A stretch of 63,008 nucleotides of DNA, filler included, from 11 parts of 11 records of this genome joined end to end with filler, not necessarily neighbours in it, one strand, 5' to 3'; shown: positions 35,475 through 46,645, numbered from the whole stretch's first letter. Numbers and translations are program-made. The notes: generated by a model not told the origin, from the letters alone.

Positions 35475-35753
35475 GCCGCTTCTAAGCCAGCCTTCTCTCG
35501 CCCGTGTCCGCACACCGTGAGCAAACGTGGGCGATTTGTCCGTTATAGATTCTGTTATTCCGCCCCAAGGCCTGAGGCTGCGATTCCCTGCGATTCCGTC
35601 TTATATTAATAATACTTGGTGAGGCTGCGAGCCGTGATGGATTAAATGCCCATCCTCTTCCAGTTTGTAGAATGAAGTAAGGAGGGGGGCAAGGCAGGCC
35701 CGTGTCATGTTAATCATGGGGCGCTGTTTGGCAGACGTCCTCACGCTCTATCT

Positions 35754-36689
35754 TTAATCGACCTTCTCACAAATCCCCCCGAGGTGGAGGCACCCCACCC
35801 CACCCACCCCAAACTTGGCACTGGCCAGAACCTTGCTTGGTCTACCCATCTCCAACCCTTGCGTGCACTCGAGATCGACAACCCCTTCGCCGCCAAGGGG
35901 CGAGGCGAGCTCGTGCGAAGCAAAGAGGCCGGCGAGCGCGCATGCGGCGCTCCCGGTTGCGGGGTCCTCAGAACCGTCGGGGCGAAACATCCGGCAGCGA
36001 ACCTCGAGCCGAATAGTCCGCCCTGGTCCGTCGCTTTGCGCAACCCCCTCCGAAGCATGGACGTAGTAACAAAATATCCTGGGTAGCTCGTCGGCGGCGG
36101 GGCGCCTCGAGGCGCGGGCCAACGACCCCTCGCAGCCCAAATCCACGATGCAGAACGGCATCCCGGCCGTCGCTATGACGGGGGGGTGGCGGTCCTGACG
36201 AAGCGCCCCCACGTTTAGCCCTAGCGCAGCCGCCACGGCGCTCGCGCATTGCTCGTCACGCGCCTCAAAGCGGCCCGGGGTTTTCACCCACACCTCGCTG
36301 CCCGCCACCGCCGCCTCGACATCGCCCCCGGCTGTCTCAAGCCTTAGCGAGCTGCACCCACCACGGCGGCAGAGGGCGGCAGCGGCACCAACGATGGGCA
36401 TCCCACCGAACGGTATCTCAGCTGACGGCGTAAAAATCCGTGTCCGTGATGAGGCGGCGGATCGGGTCTCCGGTATTCGTGGCTGTGAAGCCGGGGCAAC
36501 GAAGACGGTTTCTGCAAAGTTGTAGGCGGTGGCAATCTCCTGGCAACCCGCCGTATTCTCGATGTCGCCGCAAAACACCACGGCTGTCCTTGAGCCGCCG
36601 CTGCCGGCGGCGGCGCTGGCGCCCGGGAGGAAGACATCCCAGAGCTCGTGCTGGGCGCCAGGCACCGGGCCCCGGAGACGCCTGAGCAT
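35754..36689 (-). CDS. PhzF/PhzC-family isomerase/epimerase, intronless
   Basis: NFAETVFV, RIFTPSAEIPFGGMP, EDPATGSA and TQGLEMGRPS. Confidence 0.88.
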   Translation of the reverse strand: MLRRLRGPVPGAQHELWDVFLPGASAAAGSGGSRTAVVFCGDIENTAGCQEIATAYNFAETVFVAPASQPRIPETRSAASSRTRIFTPSAEIPFGGMPIVGAAAALCRRGGCSSLRLETAGGDVEAAVAGSEVWVKTPGRFEARDEQCASAVAAALGLNVGALRQDRHPPVIATAGMPFCIVDLGCEGSLARASRRPAADELPRIFCYYVHASEGVAQSDGPGRTIRLEVRCRMFRPDGSEDPATGSAACALAGLFASHELASPLGGEGVVDLECTQGLEMGRPSKVLASAKFGVGGVGCLHLGGICEKVD

Positions 36690-36880
36690 TGTGCGGGGGG
36701 CAGGGGCGGGCAGGTCGGTTTGTCCGTGCGGTTTGTCCGTTATATATTCCGTTATTCCGCCCCCAAGGCGCCCTGGCGAGCGCCCCTCTGGTGAGCCGGC
36801 TCGAGCTCGGGGTCTCGCGGTACCAGGCGGTGCCGGCGCACGAGCTGCACGAGCTCGAGGTCGGGGTCCGTCCGAGCCCG

Positions 36881-38057
36881 ATGGGCGAGCCGGGCAAATG
36901 CTCCCGGCTGTGCGAGTCCGGCTGCGGCTGGGCCAAGCGGGCGGCAGTCGGTTACATCAACGAGTTCAGGAGCGTCGACCAGGCCGACACTGACGCGCGG
37001 GTGGCGGTTGCCGGCAGCCTCACCCAGGCGATCAACACGCACCCGTGCGTGGTCTTCGTGCATCCTGGGCTGGTCTCAGACGCCTGCAACCGGGCGGTGC
37101 AAATCGCGATAGAGCGGGCTGGCCCCGAGAGCGTCAAGGCGTGGGACTGTTTCGACCAGGAGCCGCCGGTGCTCGCGGCTATTCTGGGCCTGCCGAGCGC
37201 CCGGCTGCCCGTGGTGTTCATCAGGGGGCGGCACATTGGGGGGCTCGCGCAGCTCGAGCAAAGCCTGGCCGAGCAGGAGTCGCCCTTTGATGCCCAGCCG
37301 GTCCAGCTGCCGTTGATTGACCCGAAGCAACTGACCGTTGAGCGCGAACCGCTCGCAGTGGTGCATCAGGCCGGTGGCGGCGCTTGGTGGTGCTTCCACC
37401 TGTTTGTGTACGGAAACGTGGTGCGAGCAGTCTCGTTGCTGCATGTGCTGCTCGCGCTGGCGGCGATCATATGTGCCCAGAATGACGCCTACTCGGCCGC
37501 CCAGGGACTGGCTACCGCTCTGTTCTTCGACTCTGCGCTGCTATTATGGGGCCCCTCGCCGTGGAGTCTTACGGGGCTGATCAGTACTCTGGCTGTCTGG
37601 CCTCGACGAGGTGCGGCTCTCAACGGCATGGGCCAGCCGGGACAGGGCCAGTAGTGACCATATTGCCGTATAAAGTCATCTTTCTGCTCTACGCTGTACT
37701 TCTCGGCCGGTCCCGCTAGGCTGGTGCATGGCTCACTGCGCGTGCACAGGCTAACTATGAAGACCTCGCCGTTTGGACCAAAAGGGGCATCCGAACAGTT
37801 CGATGGGACCCCGGTGCTGCGGCGGCTGCAATCTGCCAACTGATCCTCTGTGTGTATGTGCTCAGAGCGAGCTCATCACAATTGCGATCAACTCAAGCTT
37901 GCTTGCCGTGCTGAGGTTCTGACCTGGGAGCACCGCAGCGATGGTGGTATACAAGTTGGGCGAGCTGTTCCGTTACTGCTGCTGCCGATCCGCTGATGAG
38001 AACGAGTCCACGGAAACGGAGCCTTTCGGGCAAGAGCCGTGCGTTGCAAAGAGCTGA
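36881..38057 (+). CDS. Glutaredoxin-fold plus membrane-domain selenoprotein (349 aa, Sec305 encoded by TGA 37920-37922)
   Basis: Exons 36881-37610, 37646-37709, 37750-37813 and 37866-38057 (all GT-AG) join in frame. Grx motif LPVVFIRGRHIGG and several TM helices are present. The in-frame TGA lies in NSSLLAVLRF-U-PG, and a SECIS lies 53 nt after the terminal stop. Confidence 0.8.
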
Positions 38058-38110
38058 GGCGCACAGGCCACGCCAGTGGTTTGAAATGCGACGGATTGGC
38101 CGGGCCGAGT

Positions 38111-38169
38111 GGAGCATTCTTGACGTCACGCAGATAAACCGATAGGGTTCTGTGCGGCCGAAATGCTCC
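38111..38169 (+). ncRNA. Eukaryotic SECIS element, type II, UUGA-variant core
   Basis: Helix I GGAGCATT/AATGCTCC. Core TGAC (38121-4) opposite CGAA (38159-62). Helix II GTCACGCAGA/TCTGTGCGGC. Unpaired AAA (38136-8) 11 nt above the core, and apical mini-stem CC-GATA-GG. Confidence 0.85.
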
Positions 38170-38234
38170 CAAATGCTGTCTAGCCTGTATGTGATTTATC
38201 CAAGTTCCAGTGGGGGGGGGGGGGGGGGGGGGGG

Positions 38235-38334
38235 NNNNNNNNNNNNNNNNNNNNNNNNNNNNNNNNNNNNNNNNNNNNTTAATTAATTAANNNNNNNNNN
38301 NNNNNNNNNNNNNNNNNNNNNNNNNNNNNNNNNN
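38235..38334. other. Artificial contig spacer
   Basis: 44N-TTAATTAATTAA-44N, preceded by a poly-G contig end. Confidence 0.98.
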
Positions 38335-38508
38335 GGGTGCCTCCTAGACGTCCAACTGCCTACGGACGTCCATTGCAATTGTGGTGCATCCTTCAGATAG
38401 TCCGACAGCTGCCGACAATGCGTGCCGTGCAATGCGTGCATGCGTGGTTGCATCAGCAGTCCTCCATTTGCCACTGGCAATGTTTTTCGACTTGAGAGAA
38501 GGTTGCAG

Positions 38509-41338
38509 ATGGCCGACCAGCCCGGCTTCGAGCAGGCACTGGAACGGATGGTCTTCGGCTCCATCAGCGGCCAGAGGGCCAGCCAGAACCCGGCACTCTG
38601 GCCGATTGGGGCTGCGCAGGCCGCCCGGTGCGCGCCCCAGCTCAAAACGGTCTTTCGATACCTGGACAACATCGTCAAGTCGCCCGCCGAACCAAAGTAC
38701 CGCCAGGTGAACACACACAACGCCAAATTCCAGGACGTGTGTGAACTGGACGGTGGGCGGGCCGCGTTCGACACGATTGGGTTCCGCGAGCTCCCCGGTG
38801 AAGGCCGGCTGATTCTGCCCCCGGAAGTGCCAGTGGGACAACTCCAGCAGCTCCTCGTGAAGGTAACCCCGGTCCGCGCGGCTGGCTGATGGGGCGCCAG
38901 GTGAGTCAGCTGCGCCAGCATCCCCAGCTAAAGGAGTGCGAGGCCGCACAGCCTAAGCCGCTCGCCGCCACCAGCGCACGGGAGGGCGCCACGGAGGAGA
39001 GCGGGGGTGGCGGAGTAAAGCGGCAGCGGGACGAGAGTCCCGTGCCCCCGCTGCCCATGAACCCGGCAGCCGCCGCCCCCGCGGTTCCGGCAACGGGGGA
39101 TAGCGACCTCGAGAAGGCGGCTAGCGTTTGGTCTGGGCTGAGTGTGTGGGTGCAGGCGATAGCTGCGAGCCTGTTGGATTCAGCCCAGCCAGCTCAGCCA
39201 GCGGGCTCGGTGCTCGGTCAGTGCAGCAGCGACCTCAAGTCGGCGCTCCAACCGTCCAATGCCGAGGAGGCAGAGAAGCAGCTGCAAGCAGTGCTGCAGG
39301 CAAGCATGGATCCTAGCAACAACGCCTCGGCCGCTGACACGCAGGACGACGAACTCCAAAAGGCGATCGCGGTGCGGTGGCCTGGTCGGCCGCATGAAAC
39401 TTCATTGGCAGGCGAGCCTGGGCCCGCAGCCAGACATCCAAGCCGTGATGCTGCGATCTACCTTGGACGAGATAGCCAGGTGGCTGCGCCGCGGGCAGGG
39501 GCCGAGTGCAGGGCAGGGCCGAGGACGCGCAGATGACTCCGTCCCAGCGGCTGCGCGCCGAGGGCAACAGAGTTGGACTGCGGAACATCGGCAACACTTG
39601 TTATATCAACTCGATGCTTCAGACGTACTTCATGCTGCCACCCTTTCGCAGCGCGGTGCGCGCACATCTGAACCGCTGGTCGAGCGGCTGGCAGCTGCTG
39701 TCGCTCGAGTGCGGCGCGCAAGATGATCCACCAGCCCCAGCGGACGCGCAGGTGTGTGCCAGACCAGCGGCGGCTTACAGTAGGGCAGGACACGCAACTA
39801 GCCACCGCGATCGCGATCTCTCTCGGCCAACCCGCACCGGAGGCCGGAGCCTCGTCCGCTGCCCCGGTGCCCGACCTGGTCAGCCATGCGCTCATGGTGC
39901 AGTTGCAGCCGGCTGCCAACTCAGCAGACGGGGCTGACAAGCTATCGGTTTCAAGAAGTCCAAGGGTAGGTGTGACGGCAGGGCAGGTCAAGTTTGTAAG
40001 CAAGTTGCAACGGACGTTTGCGCTGCTTTTGCGGTCGGAAAGAGGGTTTATAGACCCGTCGGATACACTTCAGGCACGATGGTGGATGAGATTCGGCTTG
40101 ACGGTCGGTGCAGGCGTTGTTTGCTGCTGGCGGGGGCGGGCTGGAGCTGGGGGTGACCCAATCCGCAATGGTCGGGTCTAGCGGTGCATGCAGGTGCAAG
40201 AAGACATCACAGAGCTCAACAACATGTTCATCACGGTGTTGGAGAAGGGCCTCAAAGGGATGGTGGCCAACGCGCTCCCCGGCGCCACCCAGTTCAGCGA
40301 GCTCCTAGAGAACCTGCTCAGCTTTGAAGTTGTGGTCAAGGTGCCTCACATTGAATTAGTCCGGCTGAGCGCGCGCAGATTGAGCCGATCGAGCCGACCG
40401 AGGCGGTCCAATCCCGGCGGGTCGTTGAGCAGTGTTCGCACATCAATTTGTTTATAGAGCGGACCAACGAGCTCGACGAGTCTCTCAAGCTGCTAAAGGA
40501 GTGGGAGGACATCGAGATAAGAGGCGAGGCCGCCGACGAGGCAGGCCCGATGCTAAAAGCCCGCAGCCAGCGGATCGTCACCTCGCTCCCGCAGGCGGCT
40601 CAAGGCCTGCTGGTGGCTCACTGCGCGCCAGGTGCTGTTGCTCCCGCTCCAGCGGATCCGATACGATCGGAACTTGGGCCGAGCCGAGAAACTGCAAAGC
40701 GTCTTCCGGTGGGCGCTGCTTGGGGCGAGGGGAGCCATGCGGCAGGTTCCCGGAGAAAACGGACCTTTCGTGGTTGGTGGAGCCTCAGGAGGGCCAGGAG
40801 AGTAACGGGAAGTCGTGTGAGTATCAGCTGCTCTCCGTGCTGATGCACCGGGGCGACGCCGACTCTGGGCACTACTGGGCACTGGTCAGAGACAGCGAGC
40901 ACGCCCGCTGGCTCGAGTTCAACGACATGTCGGTGAGTACAGTCGCGCTGGAGGAGGTTCTCAGCCTAGGCGCCGGTGAAGGGGCCGACAGCAGCAACGC
41001 CTCGCTGCTGGTGTATGTGCGGTGCTCCGAGCGGCCGGGCTTTATGAGTAGCTGTGCGCAGGCAAGGGGTCGTGGGTGAGGGCCAGTCCGTGGAGGATCG
41101 GATGGCAAGGGAGCTGGTCGAGATGGTCGAGAAGGACAACCAAAAGGTAAACGAGGAGATCGAAGAGTGGAAGCGCCGGCAATTGGAGGCAGAGGCCGCG
41201 GCGACTGCTGCTGAGCAGCCGGCTGCGGAGGTGCCGGCAGCCGAGGCTGCGACGAGCGCTGTGGAGACCCCTCCAGCTTCAGCTGAGTCATCTGGCGCTA
41301 CGATGGAGTCATCTAGCATGGTGGAAGAGACTACATGA
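38509..41338 (+). CDS. Ubiquitin-specific protease (USP25/28-like) with N-terminal PUB/PUG domain and several UIMs
   Basis: PUB: YLDNIVKSPAEPKYRQVN...IGF. UIMs: DLEKAIAASL, QLQAVLQASM, DELQKAIAASL. Cys box GLRNIGNTCYINSMLQ and His box LMHRGDADSGHYW...WLEFND. Confidence 0.9.
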
Positions 41339-41860
41339 GCTCATCTGATGACAAGCTCGAGGCACTGAGTCGAGTTGCCAATACTCGTATGAGTACAAAA
41401 TGGTACGTACGACGGATACAACGAGCTATTAAGAACGGTGTCTGCCAGCATACGAGTACTGCTACTCGTAGACGCCGTGATGAATCGGCATGATCAACTA
41501 CATGTACCGGTACACTAATTAAAGTGTAGTTTAAAAATCACTGCATCTTAATCTGCATGTATTCATAAATGAATGTATTCACGTCGCGATCAGTGCCGTG
41601 ACTGTGGTATACTCAGTACCGGTGATACTCGCGAGTAGGCGTATTCTCTTTACAAATAATTATCAATCTTAGTGGAACTCGTAAATTACTCGCAGATGAG
41701 TACTTACGGAAAGAATGACACCTCAAGCGTGAGTGTTTGTTTGCAACCATTTCCAAATCGTGGAAAAAGCCACACCTCAAAAGCGGACTGACCGGTAAGT
41801 GCGTGCACTACCCGGCGCTCAATTTTGAAATAAATCCTGAAGAGAATATGCACCCACGCC

Positions 41861-42099
41861 TTACTCCCTGCTGATATCTTTGTATAAGATGACAGCATGC
41901 GGAGGCTCGATCCGCTTGTAGTAGTCCTGCACCTGCCCAGCCGTCGGCTAGTGTCCGTTGGACTTAGCCACCTCGGCGCCAACTTGGAACCCGAACCTGG
42001 AGTAGAAGTTGATCGCGTCGTCGTTCCCCTGCTGCACGTGTAGATAGATCTGCTGAATGTTCTTAGTGCTTTGCGACTGGTCTATTATCTGCTGGAGCA
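41861..42099 (-). CDS. NAA50: N-alpha-acetyltransferase 50 (NatE), 3' fragment; not in the ORF track
   Basis: IYLHVQQGNDDAINFYSRFGFQVGAE | VQDYYKRIEPPHAVILYKDI* across a 39-nt GT-AG intron. Confidence 0.85.
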
Positions 42100-42199
42100 N
42101 NNNNNNNNNNNNNNNNNNNNNNNNNNNNNNNNNNNNNNNNNNNTTAATTAATTAANNNNNNNNNNNNNNNNNNNNNNNNNNNNNNNNNNNNNNNNNNNN
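42100..42199. other. Artificial contig spacer
   Basis: 44N-TTAATTAATTAA-44N. Confidence 0.98.
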
Positions 42200-42445
42200 C
42201 CCTGACGATGGCCCTCGTTGCGGCCGTCGGCGACTTGGCGGTGCAACCCGATTACAACCCGATAGCACCATAGCTCCGTGTAGCTCCAGTAATTTAGCTT
42301 ATAATCATGTAGATTCAGAATTCACAAGGCACAGGGATGTCAATAACTCGTATTAGGTACGAGTTGCACTGTATGTCTGTGCATGATATACGAGAATGCA
42401 CGATACGAGTTCGTATATAAGCTTATGAAACCTGTCCAGACATCC

Positions 42446-43783
42446 TCACCAATCGAGCAGCTCATCGTCGCCCCATTGAAAGGAGCTCTCAGAGTAAAAC
42501 TGTTTGAGCCACTTGTCAAAGTTGGTCCACTTGTAGTCGTGCTTGGCCGCATTCCGGTGCGGGAAGTGCGTCCGATGCTCCCAGACCTCCCGGTCCTGGT
42601 TGATCGTTCGCATAATGCTCTGGCTCACTGCCCAGGCGAGCCACTGTGGCCACTTCCAATCAGTGAAACTCCACAGCTCGACGTGAGTCTCGAACGGCCC
42701 GTCGGGCGTCATAGTCACGATCCCGTAGTAAGTTCCAAAGACGGGCAGTGTCATGCTGACCGAGCCGAGCATCGGACCGCTGAACCTGACCTGCACTTGC
42801 ATCAGCTTGTCCACCAGCACCTGAGGGGCCTTGACACCAAGCAGCCGGAGGCTCTTCATCTGCTGGTCCGTTATCAGCACGTCCGGCGCCGTAATCGGCT
42901 GCCCATCATCGTCGTTTGAGCCCTGCTGCTGGCAGCGGGCTGGCGGGGACCAGATCTCCGGCTGAATCAGCCGCGGCCAGCGAGACTGCCAGTGCTGCCC
43001 GAGCGTGCTGTGCACTGTCAGGAAATGGTACCAGTCGCAGCTGTTGTGCGCCGGCTCCATAACGTGCATGTGAAAGTCGCCCACCACCGTACGGCAAGCG
43101 AACTTGAGACCTTGCTCCTCCGGCCGGCGTGCTATCCACAGCTTGAACGGTTCGGCCTCATCGGCGTGCATCCACGCAAAAATCATACCCCCTGCGGTCT
43201 CTACAGTGGGGTAGCGGCGCATCTGGTTAGTCTCGCGGTTGGCGTATCGGGGGAAGGCGGTCGGGTCGACCTGCACCTCCGGGATTCGGACTAGGCTTCC
43301 CTCGACATCGAACGACCACTCGTGGTACGGGCAGACCACCGCGCACTCGTGCACGTACCCGCCGTGCCCGATGTGGGTGCCCATGTGCGGACAGTACGCG
43401 TCGAGCACGCCGGCCTTGCCGTCCTCCCCCCGGAATACAATCAGCTCGCGGCCCCACAGCTTGAGCGGCAGCAGCTGCTTGGTGCCGCACTTGTCTGATG
43501 GGCACACGAACATCCAGCCGTTCGGATACGGCGCGGGGAAGTTCCGGAAGCCCCGGCGCCTCTCATTCTTCCTGCGCACCGTCGACGGCCGGAAGATGTC
43601 TGGCCGCTGGTTGTCAGCGCCTCGCACCAGCGGCCACCGACAGCGGGTCGAGGCCAGCCGGCGCATCAGGCAGCGGTAGACAGCGTACCCGGCCAACAGC
43701 CCGGCCAACGGCTTGTGGCGACTGATGTACCGCACCAGCGCCCGGGCCAGTGCCAGTAGCCCCGCCGCAGCCGGCCTCATCAT
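42446..43783 (-). CDS. Rieske sterol oxygenase, Neverland/DAF-36 (cholesterol 7-desaturase)-like, intronless
   Basis: N-terminal TM, PAPYPNGW, DAYCPHMG and CPYHEWSF (Rieske), EPAHNSCDWYHFLTVH (mononuclear Fe), DREVWEHR and WLKQFYSESS. Confidence 0.85.
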   Translation of the reverse strand: MMRPAAAGLLALARALVRYISRHKPLAGLLAGYAVYRCLMRRLASTRCRWPLVRGADNQRPDIFRPSTVRRKNERRRGFRNFPAPYPNGWMFVCPSDKCGTKQLLPLKLWGRELIVFRGEDGKAGVLDAYCPHMGTHIGHGGYVHECAVVCPYHEWSFDVEGSLVRIPEVQVDPTAFPRYANRETNQMRRYPTVETAGGMIFAWMHADEAEPFKLWIARRPEEQGLKFACRTVVGDFHMHVMEPAHNSCDWYHFLTVHSTLGQHWQSRWPRLIQPEIWSPPARCQQQGSNDDDGQPITAPDVLITDQQMKSLRLLGVKAPQVLVDKLMQVQVRFSGPMLGSVSMTLPVFGTYYGIVTMTPDGPFETHVELWSFTDWKWPQWLAWAVSQSIMRTINQDREVWEHRTHFPHRNAAKHDYKWTNFDKWLKQFYSESSFQWGDDELLDW

Positions 43784-43875
43784 TCGGCCAAACGGCAACG
43801 GACATTTTTTGGAGATTCGGCCAGTGGCGGACGCTCTCGACCAAGCTTGAGGGGGGCGGACGCTCTGCGGGCCGG

Positions 43876-44695
43876 ATGGAGGTGGAGCCGCTGGAGGAGA
43901 GCGGGAGCGAACGGCTGCTGCCAAAGCGGAAGTCGCGCCCGGGCATCTTCTTCGGGGCGGCGGGCTACCTGTCGGAGGGGATGCCGGTGATCCTGTCCGA
44001 GTTTCTGCTGGACGAGCAAGACCCGATGTTCGCCAGGATGGCCGGCGAGATCATCAAGCAGGGCGGCAAGCCGGAGATCGAGGCCCACTGCCAGTACGGC
44101 AACCGGATGTACTTCAACCAGGCGCACGGGGTGCTCATCGTGGCCATGGTGCGGGAGGTGGAGCAATTCCCAGAGTCCCGGGTAGTCGCCTACCTGCACG
44201 CCGTCCGGGAGGCGTTCGTGGTAGCCGGCGGCCGCGCTGCTGGCTGAGCCCGCCTGGCAGGCCGCGTTTGGGCAAGGCCACCCGCAGTCTTTCGACACGT
44301 TTGAGGCGGAGGCGTTTAGCGAGACTCTCGAGGAGCAAGCGGTGCCTGGCCGGTGGGGGGCGCGGCGAGCCGGGGGGCAGGCGATCTTCTCAGACATGAA
44401 CAAGCCGCTTGGGACGAGCCAGTCCAAGTATGATGAGAAGATTGAAATGCTCAAAGACCAGGCTCTCGAGACTCTGAGGAAGCAGATGGAGAGGGAAATC
44501 AAGCTAGACGATGTGCTCAAGAACGCCGAGGAGCTGGCCGTCACATCCAGGGAGTTCAAAGACAGCTCGGTGGCGGTGCACAAAAAGTTTTGGTGGAAGA
44601 ACTTTTGGTTCTGGATGGCGATATGCGGGGGGGTGGTGCTCGTGCTCCTGATCATACTTATGATCGTGTGCAAGCCTACCTTCAAAGAGTGCTAG
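43876..44695 (+). CDS. VAMP7: Longin-domain R-SNARE (VAMP7-like)
   Basis: Longin domain, SNARE motif with R layer (QMERE), KKFWWKN and C-terminal TM, with two short introns. Confidence 0.75.
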
Positions 44696-44886
44696 TCAGG
44701 CACGTGCACCAGCACAACCTTACATATAAATCTATACTCATGTATGATTGTTTGCCCCCCATTACCGACCCTACTAATGCCCTACTAGTCAATACTAATG
44801 TCCTCATAGGGCGACAGCGTACGTACCAGTATCCACGTTTGAAGGTGAGAAAGTCCGTTGCTTGTGCTCGGGTTCGAGGCGCCGGC

Positions 44887-46271
44887 ATGTCAGAATCGCC
44901 GCATGTGCCGCGGAGCCGCTCCCGCTCCCCGGAGGAGCCACGGGCCCGCTCCCGCTCCCCGTCGAACGGCAAGTGGGAGGAGATTGCGATCGGCGAAGAG
45001 GACGCGGCCTTCATCTACGGCAGGGTGCGCGCGCTGCCCTCCGCCGGCTGAGCCCGGTCCGGCAGGGCGGCTCAACCAAGCGGAAGCTGGAGCGGGTGTC
45101 CGGGGCCAGGATTGAGCTGTGCCAGAGCGACCTCAAGCTCGAGGTGTACGGCACGGACGACGAGCGGCGCAAGGCCCGAGACTACTGCAAGTTCGTGATG
45201 GCCCAGCGAGCCGGGCCGGTGTTTATCGACTTCGGCGAGAAGCGGGACGACATGAGCTGCGTGACAGTGCCGGACAACTGCGTGGCGTACGTGATGGGCC
45301 GCGGCGGCCAGGTGCTGCGCTCGTTCGAGGAAGAGTGGGGCACGTTGATGTTCTTCGCCAAGTGGGAGGGCGGGGCTAAGGACGGGGAGGAGCGGCTGGC
45401 CATCTTCGGCTCGCGGAAGGGCCGGCGGGGCGCCGAGCTGAAGGTGATGTCGGCTGTCGAGCACAAAGTGCAGGGCCACTTTGTGTCGCGAGAAGACGAC
45501 AAGCTAAAGATCGAGTTGGACCAGCCGGGAGACAGCGACGCAGAGGACGAGGGCTGGGGCGCCACCATAGAGCCGCTCGGCTCGGACGACTTCTCGTACG
45601 CGCTGGGTGCCCGGGGATCCACACGCAAAAAGCTGGCGGCTGCCTCTGGCTGCATCATTGAGTACATAGGTCACCTGGCGATCATGGCGGGCACGCGTGG
45701 CGAGCGGCGGCGGGGGCAAGACTATCTAAGCTGGCTGATCAAGCAGCGCACGGGCCCGGTCTCGGTCTCAGTCGAGGGACGGGACGATGTGACCTGCATG
45801 GAAGTGCCTCGAGAGAGTGTAGGGTTCATCACTGGGTACAAGGGCGAGTCTCTTCGAGCCATCGAGAAGGAGACCGACACGTTCTGCTTCGCGGACGGCG
45901 AGAAGGGCGACGCCCGGCGCGATACCGAGCACGAGATTCTGATGATATTCGGGCACGATGAAGAGAACCGTCGCCGGGCTAAACGGATGGTTGAGGAAAA
46001 GATAAGGACACACAAAGATGTGGAGGCCGACAGAGGCCGCCGCCGATCCCGCTCAAGAGACCGCCGAGGCCGGTCGCGGTCGCCGCCGAGGCGGCGCTAC
46101 TCTCGGTCTCCCCGTCGAGACAGAGGCCATGAGAGGGGCCGTGATAGGGACACCAGGGACAGGGGCCGCGACCGGGACAGAGACAGGGACAGAGACAGGG
46201 ACAGGGACCGCGATAGGAACCGCGATAGGGACAGAGACAGGGATCGCGACAGGGACCGCGGCCGCCGTTGA
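44887..46271 (+). CDS. Multi-KH-domain RNA-binding protein with RS/RD tail
   Basis: GxxG KH motifs (FIYGRGG, YVMGRGGQ, ALGARGST, FITGYKGE), one 41-nt intron, and a C-terminal RS/RD repeat. Confidence 0.85.
46140..46265 (+). repeat. Coding low-complexity hexamer repeat (Arg-Asp dipeptide)
   Basis: Degenerate GACAGG/GACAGA/GATAGG units encoding RDRDRD. Confidence 0.85.
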
Positions 46272-46645
46272 ATATGTGGATTTAGCAACTGATCCGCGGT
46301 GGTAAGTACGTAGATTACAATTGAAACCTGGTGTCACAATCATCATTGCGTCGATCAGCCGATTACTAATAGTCGTCTTCTTAAATATCGCCTTTTAAAA
46401 AACCTTTGTTTTGATCTGCATACGAGTACCAGGTATGATCGAAGCTTAATACTTACGTAGTACACAATTACAGATCTATAACACAATGTCGTTCTACTCC
46501 GTAACTACGTATAAAATCTACAAAGCTTATCAAAGTACAAAGGCCTTCATGTGTACTCATCCAGAGTTCACTTCTAGTCCACTTCACACGGTCCGAGTTC
46601 ATGAAATCAACATTTCTCGAGCAAGCCAAGTCTGCTACAAGTCTG

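Noticed and set aside
38055-38057. Second TGA of the selenoprotein as another Sec
   Set aside because: It lies only about 55 nt from the SECIS, near the minimal spacing for recoding, and follows low-complexity tail sequence. It is more likely the true stop.
38213-38234. Poly-G run (and poly-C at 19537-19547) as G-quadruplex or telomere
   Set aside because: Both are at contig ends and are typical of sequencing or assembly breakpoints.
46140-46265. Hexamer array as satellite or CRISPR
   Set aside because: It encodes the RD dipeptide tail of an RNA-binding protein and has no spacers.
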